64,000 nucleotides of DNA from Candidatus Zixiibacteriota bacterium (GTDB taxonomy: Bacteria; Chloroflexota; Limnocylindria; QHBO01): positions 2,309 to 66,308 of the forward strand of contig DASRYM010000051.1 of assembly GCA_035687145.1 (NCBI GenBank), in the 5' to 3' direction. The notes beneath the pieces were generated by a model. That model worked only from the letters and a program-made list of their open reading frames with translations, was not told the DNA's origin and did not search any database. Position numbers and translations under genes: made by a program. This document shows, in pieces, positions 1-8,491 of this stretch (position 1 is its first letter; every line of letters starts with the position of its first letter).

Positions 1-1
1 G

Positions 2-778
2 CAGCGGGAGCAGATCGTGGGCCAGGCCCTGGGTCTGCCGACCACGATGACCCTGTTCGCTGTGCTGGCCGTCCTCACCACCTCGGCGACGATCGCCGTG
101 TTCGGTGAGGCGATCTGGGATCCGGTCGCTCTCGTCGCTCGGCTCGGCGAGGGTGGCGGCCTGATCGGCCTCATCGTGGTGGTGCTCTCGCTCTTCGCGG
201 TCGCGCTCGCGACGTTGACCACCAACGTGGCGGCCAACCTGGTCAGCCCGTCGTATGACTTCAGCAACGCGTGGCCGCGGATGATCAGCTTCCGCACCGG
301 GGGCCTGATCACGGCCGTCATCGGCATCGTGATCCAGCCCTGGAACCTGCTCTCGAACCCGAACGTGTACATCTTCACCTGGCTCGGGTTCTACGGCGGC
401 GCGCTGGGCACCATCGCCGGCGTGCTGATCGCCGACTACTGGATCGTGCGGCGCACCCAGCTGCGCCTGGGCGACCTGTACCGGACCGAGGGTGCCTACC
501 GCTACACCAACGGCTTCAACCTGCGCGGCCTGGTCGCGTTCGCGATCGGGGCGCTGCTGGCCGTGGGCGGGGCCTACTCGGCGCCCGGCAACGGGCCCTT
601 CCCGGAGGGCGGGCTGATCGGGTTCCTGAAGTTCGAGCTGCCGTGGGGTGGCTTCCTGTACGACTACAGCTGGGTCGTGGGCCTGATCGTGGCCTTCCTG
701 GTGTACTGGGTCCTGGCCACCATCTTCCCCATGGAGCGCGCCGAGCCGGTGCCGACCGCCGAGCCGGCCGTCGGCTGA
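2..778 (+). CDS. NCS1-family nucleobase:cation symporter (cytosine/purine/uracil/allantoin permease type); C-terminal part only, 5' end lies outside the window
   Basis: The frame is open from the window edge to TGA at 776-778; GTG at 17 is only the first start-like codon. Multi-TM sequence (NVAANLVSPSYDFSN, FRTGGLITAVIGIVIQPW) is typical of NCS1 permeases. Confidence 0.7.
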   Translation, partial: QREQIVGQALGLPTTMTLFAVLAVLTTSATIAVFGEAIWDPVALVARLGEGGGLIGLIVVVLSLFAVALATLTTNVAANLVSPSYDFSNAWPRMISFRTGGLITAVIGIVIQPWNLLSNPNVYIFTWLGFYGGALGTIAGVLIADYWIVRRTQLRLGDLYRTEGAYRYTNGFNLRGLVAFAIGALLAVGGAYSAPGNGPFPEGGLIGFLKFELPWGGFLYDYSWVVGLIVAFLVYWVLATIFPMERAEPVPTAEPAVG

Positions 779-818
779 CAGCCGCTTCGCGCAGCCTCAT
801 GCCCGACCGGGGTCCCGA

Positions 819-1991
819 TCAGGGGCCCCGGTCCTCTGCTGTCTCGGCGCGGCGGGCGAACCACGGCAGCAGCGGCGGTACGAGCAACGTGGTCAGGATG
901 GCCATCCCGACCACCACGCTGTAGAGCTCGCCGCTGATGGCGCCGGCGCTGAGGCCCAGGCCGGCCACCACGATCCCCACCTCGCCGCGCGGGACCATGC
1001 CCCAGCCGACCAGCGCCGCCCGCCCCACTCCCAGGCGCAGGGCCCCGATCAGGGCGCCCGCGAACTTGGACAGCACGGCGATGCCGGTGATGCCCAGCAG
1101 CAGGGCCAGCGCCGGTGGCGAGGCGAGGGCGCCCAGCTCCACCTGGGCCCCGATGGAACCGAAGAAGAACGGCGTGAAGAACGCCGCCACCGGAGCCACC
1201 TCCTCCTCCAGCGCGTGGCGCTCGCTCGATTCGCCGACCACCATGCCGGCCAGGAAGGCGCCGATGATGGCCGCCAGCCCGATCAGCGCGGCCAGCGCGG
1301 CGAGGCCGAGCATCAGGATCATGCCGGGCAGGAACGGGGTCTCGGCGAACTCGGGGTCGGTCAGCAGCGAGGGACGGCGCCGCAGGACCCTGGTGCCGAC
1401 CACCAGCACGATGGCGATGAAGGCCACCGCCAGCCCGATGAGCTCGGCCATGACCAGCAGCGACACGCCGCCGGCGGCGACCCCGGTGGCCAGCGCCAGG
1501 ATGAGCATGGCCAGCACGTCGTCGATGACGGCGGCCCCCAGGATCACCCGTCCCACCACGCTCCGGAGCAGGTTCAGCTCGCCGAGCGCCCGCGCCGTGA
1601 TGCCCACGCTGGTGGCGGTCAGGGCCGCCGCCAGGAAGATGCTCACCACCAGCGGATGGCCCAGCACGAGGCCGAGCCCGAAGCCCGCGACGAAGGGCAG
1701 GAGGACGCCGAGCAGGCCCACGGCCGCCGCCGTTCCTCCGACGCCGAGCAGGTCGCCGACCCGCGTCTCCACGCCCACCCGGAACAGGAGCAGCACGACA
1801 CCGATCTCGGCGAACAGCTGGGTCTCGGGGTTGACCTGGTAGATGCCCAGCACCGCGGGGCCGACCACCAGCCCGCCCAGCATCTCGCCGATCAGGGTCG
1901 GCTGGCCCAGGCGCTTGAAGACCTCGTCACCGATCTTGGCGGCGAGCAGGACGGCGAAGAGCTGGACCAGGATCTGGGCGGTGTGCTCCAT
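819..1991 (-). CDS. Cation:proton antiporter (CPA2 / Kef-type Na+/H+ exchanger family)
   Basis: 390-aa polytopic ORF. N-terminus LLAAKIGDEVFKRLGQPTLIGEMLGGLVVGP is a typical CPA2 start. ATG at 1989-1991. Confidence 0.85.
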   Translation of the reverse strand: MEHTAQILVQLFAVLLAAKIGDEVFKRLGQPTLIGEMLGGLVVGPAVLGIYQVNPETQLFAEIGVVLLLFRVGVETRVGDLLGVGGTAAAVGLLGVLLPFVAGFGLGLVLGHPLVVSIFLAAALTATSVGITARALGELNLLRSVVGRVILGAAVIDDVLAMLILALATGVAAGGVSLLVMAELIGLAVAFIAIVLVVGTRVLRRRPSLLTDPEFAETPFLPGMILMLGLAALAALIGLAAIIGAFLAGMVVGESSERHALEEEVAPVAAFFTPFFFGSIGAQVELGALASPPALALLLGITGIAVLSKFAGALIGALRLGVGRAALVGWGMVPRGEVGIVVAGLGLSAGAISGELYSVVVGMAILTTLLVPPLLPWFARRAETAEDRGP

Positions 1992-1994
1992 CGG

Positions 1995-3266
1995 CTAGGC
2001 GAGGTACCGCACCCAGATGTACGCCATCGAGACCACGATGCTGCCGAACGTGACGGGGGCGGCGTACCTGAAGAACGTGCCGAACGTGATGGGGTGGCCC
2101 TCGCGCTCCGCCATGTTGGCCAGGATGACGTTGGCCGAAGCCCCGATGATGGTGGCGTTCCCGCCCAGGTCGGCGCCTGCCGCGAGGGCCCACCACAGCG
2201 CCTGCGATCCTCCGTGCGGCTCCGACATCTGTTCCACCACCGGGATCATGGTCGCGGTGTACGGGATGTTGTCCACGAAGGCGGAGAGGATGGCGGAGAT
2301 CCACAGGATCACGAACGCCCCCGCGGTCAGCGCCCCGCCGGTGATCTCGATGAGGGCGTTGGCGACGGCCTGGATGAGGCCGATCTCGATGACGCCGGCG
2401 ACGACCATGAACAGGCCGATGAAGAAGAAGAGCGTCGGCCACTCCACCTGTCCGAGGACCTCGTGCGGGTCCTGGCGGGCAACAACCATCAGCAGCACCG
2501 CACCGGCCAGGGCGATGGTGGCCGGCTCCAGGTGCAGCGCGCCGTGGAGCAGGAAGCCGACCAGCGTCAGGCCCAGGACCGCCAGCGACGTCCGCAGCAG
2601 CCGGGGATCGGCGATCATCTCCCGCTCGTCCAGGGCCAGCAACGAATCGCGCAGCTCCGGATCGACCTGGAGGTGGTTGCGGAACAGCCAGCGAGCGGCG
2701 ACCAGGAAGAGGACCAGGATGATCAGCGCCAGCGGGCCCATGTTGGCCGCGAAGGTCGCGAAGTCGATGTCCGCCGCGGAGCCGATCAGGATGTTCGGCG
2801 GGTCGCCGATCAGCGTCGAGGTGCCGCCGATGTTGCTGGCCAGCACCTCGGCGATGATGAACGGCATCGGGTTGAGGCCCATGCGCGCTGCCAGGAAGAG
2901 GGTGATCGGACCGACCAGGACCACGGTGGTGACGTTGTCCAGGAAGGCCGAGGCCCCCGCGGTGATGACGCTGAGCACCACCAGGATGCGGTAGGGATCG
3001 CCGCCGGCGAAGCGTGCGGAGCGCACCGCCAGCCATCCGAAGACGCCGGTCTTCCGAATGATGGCGGCCAGGATCATCATGCCGGCCAGCAGGAAGATGA
3101 CGTTGAAGTCGATCTCCTCGAAGGCCTGCTCCTGGGTGACGATCCCGAGCAGCACCATGGCCACGCCGCCGGCCATGGCGGCGACCGTCTTGTGCAGCCA
3201 CTCGGTGGCGATGACCAGGTAGGTGACCAGGAAGATGCCCAGGCCGACCCAGGCCTCGAGGGTCAT
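1995..3266 (-). CDS. ArsB/NhaD-superfamily permease (citrate/anion transporter-like)
   Basis: 423-aa membrane ORF with LDNVTTVVLVGPI and ASNIGGTSTLIGDPPNILIG motifs. Its start overlaps the stop of the upstream CBS gene (ATGA). Confidence 0.85.
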   Translation of the reverse strand: MTLEAWVGLGIFLVTYLVIATEWLHKTVAAMAGGVAMVLLGIVTQEQAFEEIDFNVIFLLAGMMILAAIIRKTGVFGWLAVRSARFAGGDPYRILVVLSVITAGASAFLDNVTTVVLVGPITLFLAARMGLNPMPFIIAEVLASNIGGTSTLIGDPPNILIGSAADIDFATFAANMGPLALIILVLFLVAARWLFRNHLQVDPELRDSLLALDEREMIADPRLLRTSLAVLGLTLVGFLLHGALHLEPATIALAGAVLLMVVARQDPHEVLGQVEWPTLFFFIGLFMVVAGVIEIGLIQAVANALIEITGGALTAGAFVILWISAILSAFVDNIPYTATMIPVVEQMSEPHGGSQALWWALAAGADLGGNATIIGASANVILANMAEREGHPITFGTFFRYAAPVTFGSIVVSMAYIWVRYLA

Positions 3267-3784
3267 CCCCGGTCCCTTGGCTCGAGCAGGGCCCCGCGCC
3301 CCGAGGCGCGCACCCAGGCCAGCAGCAGCTCCAGCTGGTCCAGGTAGCTGACCACCCGCCCCTCTTCGTTCACGATCGGCAGCCCGTTCAACCGGTGCTC
3401 GTGCATCTTGTGGAAGGCATCGCGTACGGTCTCGCCGTAGTGGACGGACACCGGCTCGAGCATGATGTCGCGCGCCGTCCGGGCGCGAACGTGGTCGGCG
3501 TACTTCATGACCGCGTCCACGTCCGTGATTTCGCCCAGGAACTCCTCGGGGACGATCTTCAGGAAGATGTCGTTGACCAGGATGCGGACCGGGATGAGGC
3601 CCACCAGCCGCTGGTCATCGTCCACCACCGAGATGACCCGGCAGCTCGGGTGCTCCAGGGCGAGCTCGGCCAGGCGGTGCAGGCTGTCGTCGGCATGGGC
3701 GATCACGGTGTCCGCGCCGGTCAGCACCTGGTCGACCTCCCGGATCGGGGTGCTCTGGGTGATCGCCTCGAGCGAGCGGTCCAT
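3263..3784 (-). CDS. CBS-pair domain protein
   Basis: Internal ATG at 3782-3784 (MDRSLEAITQ...) gives a 173-aa protein with two CBS-like units. The longer track ORF (to 4159) would overlap the divergent antiporter gene, and its extension is Arg/Ser/Pro junk. Confidence 0.75.
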   Translation of the reverse strand: MDRSLEAITQSTPIREVDQVLTGADTVIAHADDSLHRLAELALEHPSCRVISVVDDDQRLVGLIPVRILVNDIFLKIVPEEFLGEITDVDAVMKYADHVRARTARDIMLEPVSVHYGETVRDAFHKMHEHRLNGLPIVNEEGRVVSYLDQLELLLAWVRASGRGALLEPRDRG

Positions 3785-3866
3785 GGGCGCCCAAGGATAC
3801 CCGGCGAGCCCCTCACGCCGGGCGAGCCCGTGCCCTCCCGTATGATCGGTCGGTGGAGGGTCTGCC

Positions 3867-5540
3867 GTGACGGGTGGCCTTGGGCTCACCCTGCTGCTCG
3901 CGCTGCTCGCCGCGCTGGTGCTGGGCGCCATCGCGCAACGGCTGCGCCTGCAGCCGCTGATCGGGTTCATCGCCGCCGGGATCGTGGTCGGCCCCTTCAC
4001 GCCCGGCATCTCGATCGATCGGCAGCAGGTCCTGGACCTATCGGACATCGGCGTGGCTCTGCTGATGTTCAGCATCGGCCTGCGCTTCTCGGTCCGTTCG
4101 CTGGCAGCCGGCGGGCCCCTGCTCATCGCCCTGGCCGCAACCCAGGTGCTGCTGACCATCGGAATTGGCTATGGCGTGGCGACGCTGCTGGGCAAGCCCT
4201 GGCTGGAGGCGCTGTTCATCGGCGCCGCGGTGTCCAACTCATCCAGCGTGGTGATCGTCAAGGTGGCCGGCGAGGAGGTGGTCCAGGGCACGCCGTGGGG
4301 GCGGGCCAGCGTCATCTGGTCCACCGTGCAGGACCTGATGACCGTGGCGCTGGTGGTGCTGCTCTCATCGCTGGCCGGGGCGGGGCCGGAGAACCCGGTG
4401 CTCGAGGTCGGCGCGGCCACCCTGCTGGCGGTCGCGTTCATCGTGGTGGTGGTGGTCGCCGGCTCCCGCATCTTCCCGTTCCTGCTCGGGTTGCTGGCGC
4501 GCTACGGCTCCCGCGAGATCTTCATCATCGGGGTCGCCGTCCTGGCGCTGGGCACCGCCTTCTCGGCGACCGTGGTCGGCGTCTCGGTGGCGCTCGGCGC
4601 CTTCGTCACCGGCATGGCCCTGGCCGACTCGGACCTGACCGACAGCGTCCTCGGCGAGATCGTCCCCCTCCGCGAGCTGTTCGCCGCCTTCTTCTTCGTG
4701 GCGCTGGGGCTGCTGGTCGACCCGGCGGCGCTGGGCGCCGGCATCGGCCTGCTGCTGGTCATCCTCTCGATGGTGATCGTCGTCAAGGGGGCGCTCACCG
4801 CGCTCCTCGCCCGGCTGGGCGGCACGCCCCCCAGCGTGGCCCTGCGCATCGGCGGGCTGATCGCCCAGAACGGCGAGTTCTCGTTCGTGCTGGCCGTGGT
4901 CGGCCTGCAGGTCGGCGCGGTGACCGACGACACCTTCGCCGTCCTGATGGGCGTGGTGGTGAGCAGCATCATCCTGCTGGCCCCGCTCCTGCGCGGGGTG
5001 GACTGGATCGCCGACCGGCTGGCGCGCCGCAACGACCCGAAGGAGCTGGAGGTGGAGGTGGCCGAGTGGCGCCTGCGGCGCCACGCCGTGGTGCTGGGCT
5101 ACGGCCGGGTGGGCCGCACCGTGGTGCGGGCCCTGATGTCGCGCCGCTTCCCGTACGTGGCCATCGACTCGGACTACGAGCTGGTGCGCCGCACGCGTGA
5201 CGAGAGCCCCGACGTGCACCTCCTGTACGGCGAGGCCGGCAACCCGACCATGCTGGACATCGCCGGGGTCGACCAGGCCCTGATCCTGGTGGTGGCCATC
5301 CCCGATGCCCTGGCCACTCGCCAGGCGATCGCCTACGCCCTGCGCCGCAACCCGCGGATCGAGATCACCGCCCGCGCCCCCACCGAGATCGAGGCCCAGC
5401 AGCTGCGCCAGATGGGGGTGCGCAACGTGATCGTGGCCGAGCGCGAGGTGGCCAATGAGCTCATGCGCCACACCCTGCACCGCTTCGGCGTCGGCGAGCG
5501 GGAGATCGCCGCCATGCTCCAACGCCGCCGGGAGACCTAG
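3867..5540 (+). CDS. KefB/KefC-like K+ efflux / cation:proton antiporter with C-terminal TrkA-N (RCK) domain
   Basis: 557-aa ORF. The CPA2 membrane domain is followed by a Rossmann motif, VVLGYGRVGRTVV. GTG start. Confidence 0.85.
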   Translation: MTGGLGLTLLLALLAALVLGAIAQRLRLQPLIGFIAAGIVVGPFTPGISIDRQQVLDLSDIGVALLMFSIGLRFSVRSLAAGGPLLIALAATQVLLTIGIGYGVATLLGKPWLEALFIGAAVSNSSSVVIVKVAGEEVVQGTPWGRASVIWSTVQDLMTVALVVLLSSLAGAGPENPVLEVGAATLLAVAFIVVVVVAGSRIFPFLLGLLARYGSREIFIIGVAVLALGTAFSATVVGVSVALGAFVTGMALADSDLTDSVLGEIVPLRELFAAFFFVALGLLVDPAALGAGIGLLLVILSMVIVVKGALTALLARLGGTPPSVALRIGGLIAQNGEFSFVLAVVGLQVGAVTDDTFAVLMGVVVSSIILLAPLLRGVDWIADRLARRNDPKELEVEVAEWRLRRHAVVLGYGRVGRTVVRALMSRRFPYVAIDSDYELVRRTRDESPDVHLLYGEAGNPTMLDIAGVDQALILVVAIPDALATRQAIAYALRRNPRIEITARAPTEIEAQQLRQMGVRNVIVAEREVANELMRHTLHRFGVGEREIAAMLQRRRET

Positions 5541-5547
5541 GCCATCG

Positions 5548-6207
5548 TCAGGCGCCGGCCCAGACCTCGCCGATCCGCTCCACCAGCTCGTCCAACGAGC
5601 TCGCCACCAGGTCCGGTCGCACGTCCTCCGGCGGTTGCTGGATGAGACCCCACGGGCCACGGCGCAGCCAGACCGCGCGGAGGCCGGCCTGCTGGGCGGG
5701 GACCACGTCGTTGTCCACCCGGTCGCCGACGTAGGCGACCGAAGACGGCGGCGGGCCGCCCATCAGCTCCAGCACCCGCTCGAAGAAGGCCGGGTCCGGC
5801 TTGTGCACGCCAACCTCGTCGGACATGACCAGCACCTCGGGATCGATCCCCAGGGCCCGCAGCTGGGCCGTGCGCGTCGCCGGCTGGTTGGCGGCCACCG
5901 CCACGTGGTAGCCGGCCTCGGCCAGCGCGCCCAGGGCGCGGCGCGCGTCCGGGTACAGGTCCTCCTCCCGGAAGCCGCCGTAGCGGGCCTCCACCTCCGG
6001 CAGCCGCGCGCGCCAGGTCGCCTCGTCGATGCCGAGGGTGTCGAACACGCCCTGGTGCTGCCCGCCGCCGGCCACCACCGCGCCGAGCGCGGCAAAGAAG
6101 GTGAGCCGCGGGATGCCGAACAGGTCGGCCCACAGCGACCAGATGCGGGTCTCGTCGATCAGCGTCTCGCCGACGTCCAGGCAGACCCATCGGTCCCGGT
6201 TGGTCAT
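5548..6207 (-). CDS. HAD-superfamily hydrolase
   Basis: N-terminal CLDVGETLID (DxD-type motif I) and C-terminal VGDRVDNDV (motif IV). 219 aa. Confidence 0.8.
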   Translation of the reverse strand: MTNRDRWVCLDVGETLIDETRIWSLWADLFGIPRLTFFAALGAVVAGGGQHQGVFDTLGIDEATWRARLPEVEARYGGFREEDLYPDARRALGALAEAGYHVAVAANQPATRTAQLRALGIDPEVLVMSDEVGVHKPDPAFFERVLELMGGPPPSSVAYVGDRVDNDVVPAQQAGLRAVWLRRGPWGLIQQPPEDVRPDLVASSLDELVERIGEVWAGA

Positions 6208-6235
6208 GGCGACGGTCGTGCGGCGGGTGCGGCGG

Positions 6236-6424
6236 TCATGCGGCGGCCATGGCCTGGCGCACGCGCTCGATGACGGCCGCCACCTCCTCGGCCGGCAGCC
6301 CGGGATGGTCGAGGCTGCGGACCTCGGTCGAGCCGCTCGGGAGACGCCGCTCCTCGATCCGGCCGCTGGTGATCCGGGTGCTCAGCACGCCGTCGTCGGG
6401 GACGTCCGGCGCCCAAGTCGGCAT
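6236..6424 (-). CDS. Hypothetical small protein (62 aa)
   Basis: Frame with G/C-rich third positions and ordinary amino-acid composition. The overlapping alternative frame (6204-6431) is Arg/Pro junk. No family recognised. Confidence 0.4.
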   Translation of the reverse strand: MPTWAPDVPDDGVLSTRITSGRIEERRLPSGSTEVRSLDHPGLPAEEVAAVIERVRQAMAAA

Positions 6425-6441
6425 CGGTCATGGACCGATGC
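6421..6441. promoter_or_regulatory. Perfect 9-bp inverted repeat GCATCGGTC-ATG-GACCGATGC spanning the start of the 62-aa ORF
   Basis: Read directly from the sequence. The right arm is one copy of the over-represented GGACCGATG motif. TAGCAT (a TANNNT box) lies on the minus strand at 6438-6443. Confidence 0.35.
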
Positions 6442-6773
6442 TAGCGCCGGTCGCGCCCTCCGAAGATCGAGCCCAGCATGTCGCCGAGGCCACCGCCCCC
6501 GCCGCCACCGCTAGCCCTCCAACGTGTGACGTGCTGGTCGGCCCGGGTCGGCCAGTCGCGGGTAGCGTACCCCGGCGGTCCAGCCTGCAGGCGCACCGAG
6601 CAAGCCGTCCGGCATGGCTCTCTCGTGGAGAGGCTTACCGGCAGTGCGAGGCTCGCGTTGCCCGATAGCTCTCCCCCGGCACAGGGTTATCGGGCATATC
6701 GGGCCAGGGCCGCCGGTTACCCCTCACGCGGCAAGAGGTACGGCAAGAACCGGGGCGAACAGCGGCCGCCCGC

Positions 6774-8180
6774 TCAGGCCTGCTTGACCCCCGCGACCAG
6801 CGCCTCCACCGAGGGTCGCGCGTCGCCGAACAGCATGGCCGTCTTCTCGTTGGTGAAGAGCGGGTTCGGGATGCCGGCGAAACCGGTCCCGCGGCCGCGC
6901 TTCAGGACGATGACGTGCTGCGCCTGGTCGACGTTCAGGATCGGCATGCCGGAGATCGGCGAGCCCGGCTCGCGAGCCACCGGGTTGACGACGTCGTTGG
7001 CACCGATGACCAGCGCCACATCGGTGTCGGAGAAGTCGTCGTTGATCTCGTCCATCTCCTTGAGCCGGTCGTACGGGACGTTGGCCTCGGCCAACAGCAC
7101 GTTCATGTGCCCCGGCATGCGGCCGGCCACCGGATGGATGGCGAACTGCACGTCCACGCCGCGCTCCAGCAGCACGTCCATCAGCTCGCGCACCGCGCCC
7201 TGGGCCTGGGCCACGGCCATGCCATAGCCCGGCACGATGATCACCCGCTTGCCGTAGGCCATCAGCACTGCGGCGTCCTCGGCGCTGATCTCGCGCAGCT
7301 GCTCCTCGCCCTCACCGGCGGCGCCGGCCGGGCCGCCCGCCGTGCCGAAGCCGGCGAACAGGACGTTGACCAGCGAGCGGTTCATGGCCTTGCACATCAG
7401 CTGGGTGAGGATGGCGCCCGAGGCGCCCACCAGCGTGCCGGCGATGAGCAGCGCGTAGTTGTTCAGCACGAAGCCGGAGGCCGCCACCGCCAGGCCGGTG
7501 TAGCTGTTCAGCAGGCTGACCACCACCGGCATGTCGGCGCCGCCGATGGGCATCACCAGCACCACGCCGGTGACCAGGGCCAGCGCCACGTACAGCAGGA
7601 AGAGCGGGATGCTGTTCTCGAAGGCCGCAATGTAGACCGCCAGCGCCAGCATGGCGATGAACAGCGCGGCGGTGATGATCCGCTGCCCGGGCAGCATGTA
7701 GGGCTTGGCGGTGACGATGCCCTGCAGCTTGCCGAAGGCGATGATCGAGCCGGTCAGCGACACCGAGCCGATAATCGCGCCGGCAAGGGTGGCAACCATG
7801 AACGGCAGCCCCAGGAGCGCGCCCTCCGACGAGAACTCCAGGAACTCGGCCACGGCCACCACAGCCGCGGCGCCGCCGCCGGCCCCGTTGAAGATGGCCA
7901 CCATCTGCGGCATGGCCGTCATCGGCACCCGTCGGGCGCCGAGCACGCCCGCCACCGAGCCGAGCAGGCCGCCGACGAGCAGGATCCACCAGTTCTCGAG
8001 CATGCCCTCCACGGTCAGGAAGGTCCAGGCGATGAGGACCGCCATGCCCGCGGCGCCCAGCAGGTTGCCGGTGCGCGCCGTCTTCGGCGAGGCCAGGAAC
8101 TTGAGGGCGAGGATGAAGGTGACCGAGGCGGCCAGCCAGACGAGGTAGGTGGCGATCTCGATCCCGCTGAGCTCGGGCAT
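6774..8180 (-). CDS. pntB: NAD(P) transhydrogenase subunit beta
   Basis: 468-aa ORF with an N-terminal membrane domain and a C-terminal dIII domain (VIIVPGYGMAVAQAQ, GRMPGHMNVLLAEA, LVIGANDVVNP). Confidence 0.95.
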   Translation of the reverse strand: MPELSGIEIATYLVWLAASVTFILALKFLASPKTARTGNLLGAAGMAVLIAWTFLTVEGMLENWWILLVGGLLGSVAGVLGARRVPMTAMPQMVAIFNGAGGGAAAVVAVAEFLEFSSEGALLGLPFMVATLAGAIIGSVSLTGSIIAFGKLQGIVTAKPYMLPGQRIITAALFIAMLALAVYIAAFENSIPLFLLYVALALVTGVVLVMPIGGADMPVVVSLLNSYTGLAVAASGFVLNNYALLIAGTLVGASGAILTQLMCKAMNRSLVNVLFAGFGTAGGPAGAAGEGEEQLREISAEDAAVLMAYGKRVIIVPGYGMAVAQAQGAVRELMDVLLERGVDVQFAIHPVAGRMPGHMNVLLAEANVPYDRLKEMDEINDDFSDTDVALVIGANDVVNPVAREPGSPISGMPILNVDQAQHVIVLKRGRGTGFAGIPNPLFTNEKTAMLFGDARPSVEALVAGVKQA

Positions 8181-8491
8181 CAGCGCTCACCTCCCGGCCG
8201 GCGGGCGCGGAACATCTGCAGCATGCGGTCGGTCACCACGAAGCCGCCGACCACGTTGATGGTGCCCAGGATCACGCCCAGCAGGGCCAGGATGATGCGC
8301 AGCGGCCCCTCGGCGGTGGCGGCCACCAGCATGGCGCCCACCACGATCACGCCGTGCACGGCGTTGGCTCCCGACATCAGCGGGGTGTGCAGCATGGTCG
8401 GCACCTTGGAGACGACCTCGTAGCCCACGAAGGCGGCCAGCACCAGGATGAAGAGGGCCGCCATCAGGGCGAACCCGGCCAGCTCCTGCAT
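8180..8491 (-). CDS. pntAB: NAD(P) transhydrogenase subunit alpha part 2 (membrane)
   Basis: 103-aa, 3-4 TM protein (HTPLMSGANAVHG). Overlaps both neighbours through TGATG junctions. Confidence 0.9.
   Translation of the reverse strand: MQELAGFALMAALFILVLAAFVGYEVVSKVPTMLHTPLMSGANAVHGVIVVGAMLVAATAEGPLRIILALLGVILGTINVVGGFVVTDRMLQMFRARRPGGER

Noticed and set aside
1215-3347. 710-aa + strand ORF in the track
   Set aside because: It is antisense to two membrane-protein genes with clear family motifs. The translation is a low-complexity D/E/G/R/H/Q run, typical of a high-GC shadow frame.
6204-6431. 75-aa alternative frame that would be perfectly leaderless from the TAGCAT box
   Set aside because: The translation is Arg/Pro/Gly junk. 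The overlapping 62-aa frame has much better coding character.
6444-6510. Minus-strand peptide ending GGGGGGGLGDMLGSIFGGRDRR as a small gene
   Set aside because: The upstream part of the frame has no start codon and a non-protein-like composition (W/R/C-rich). At best it is a gene remnant.
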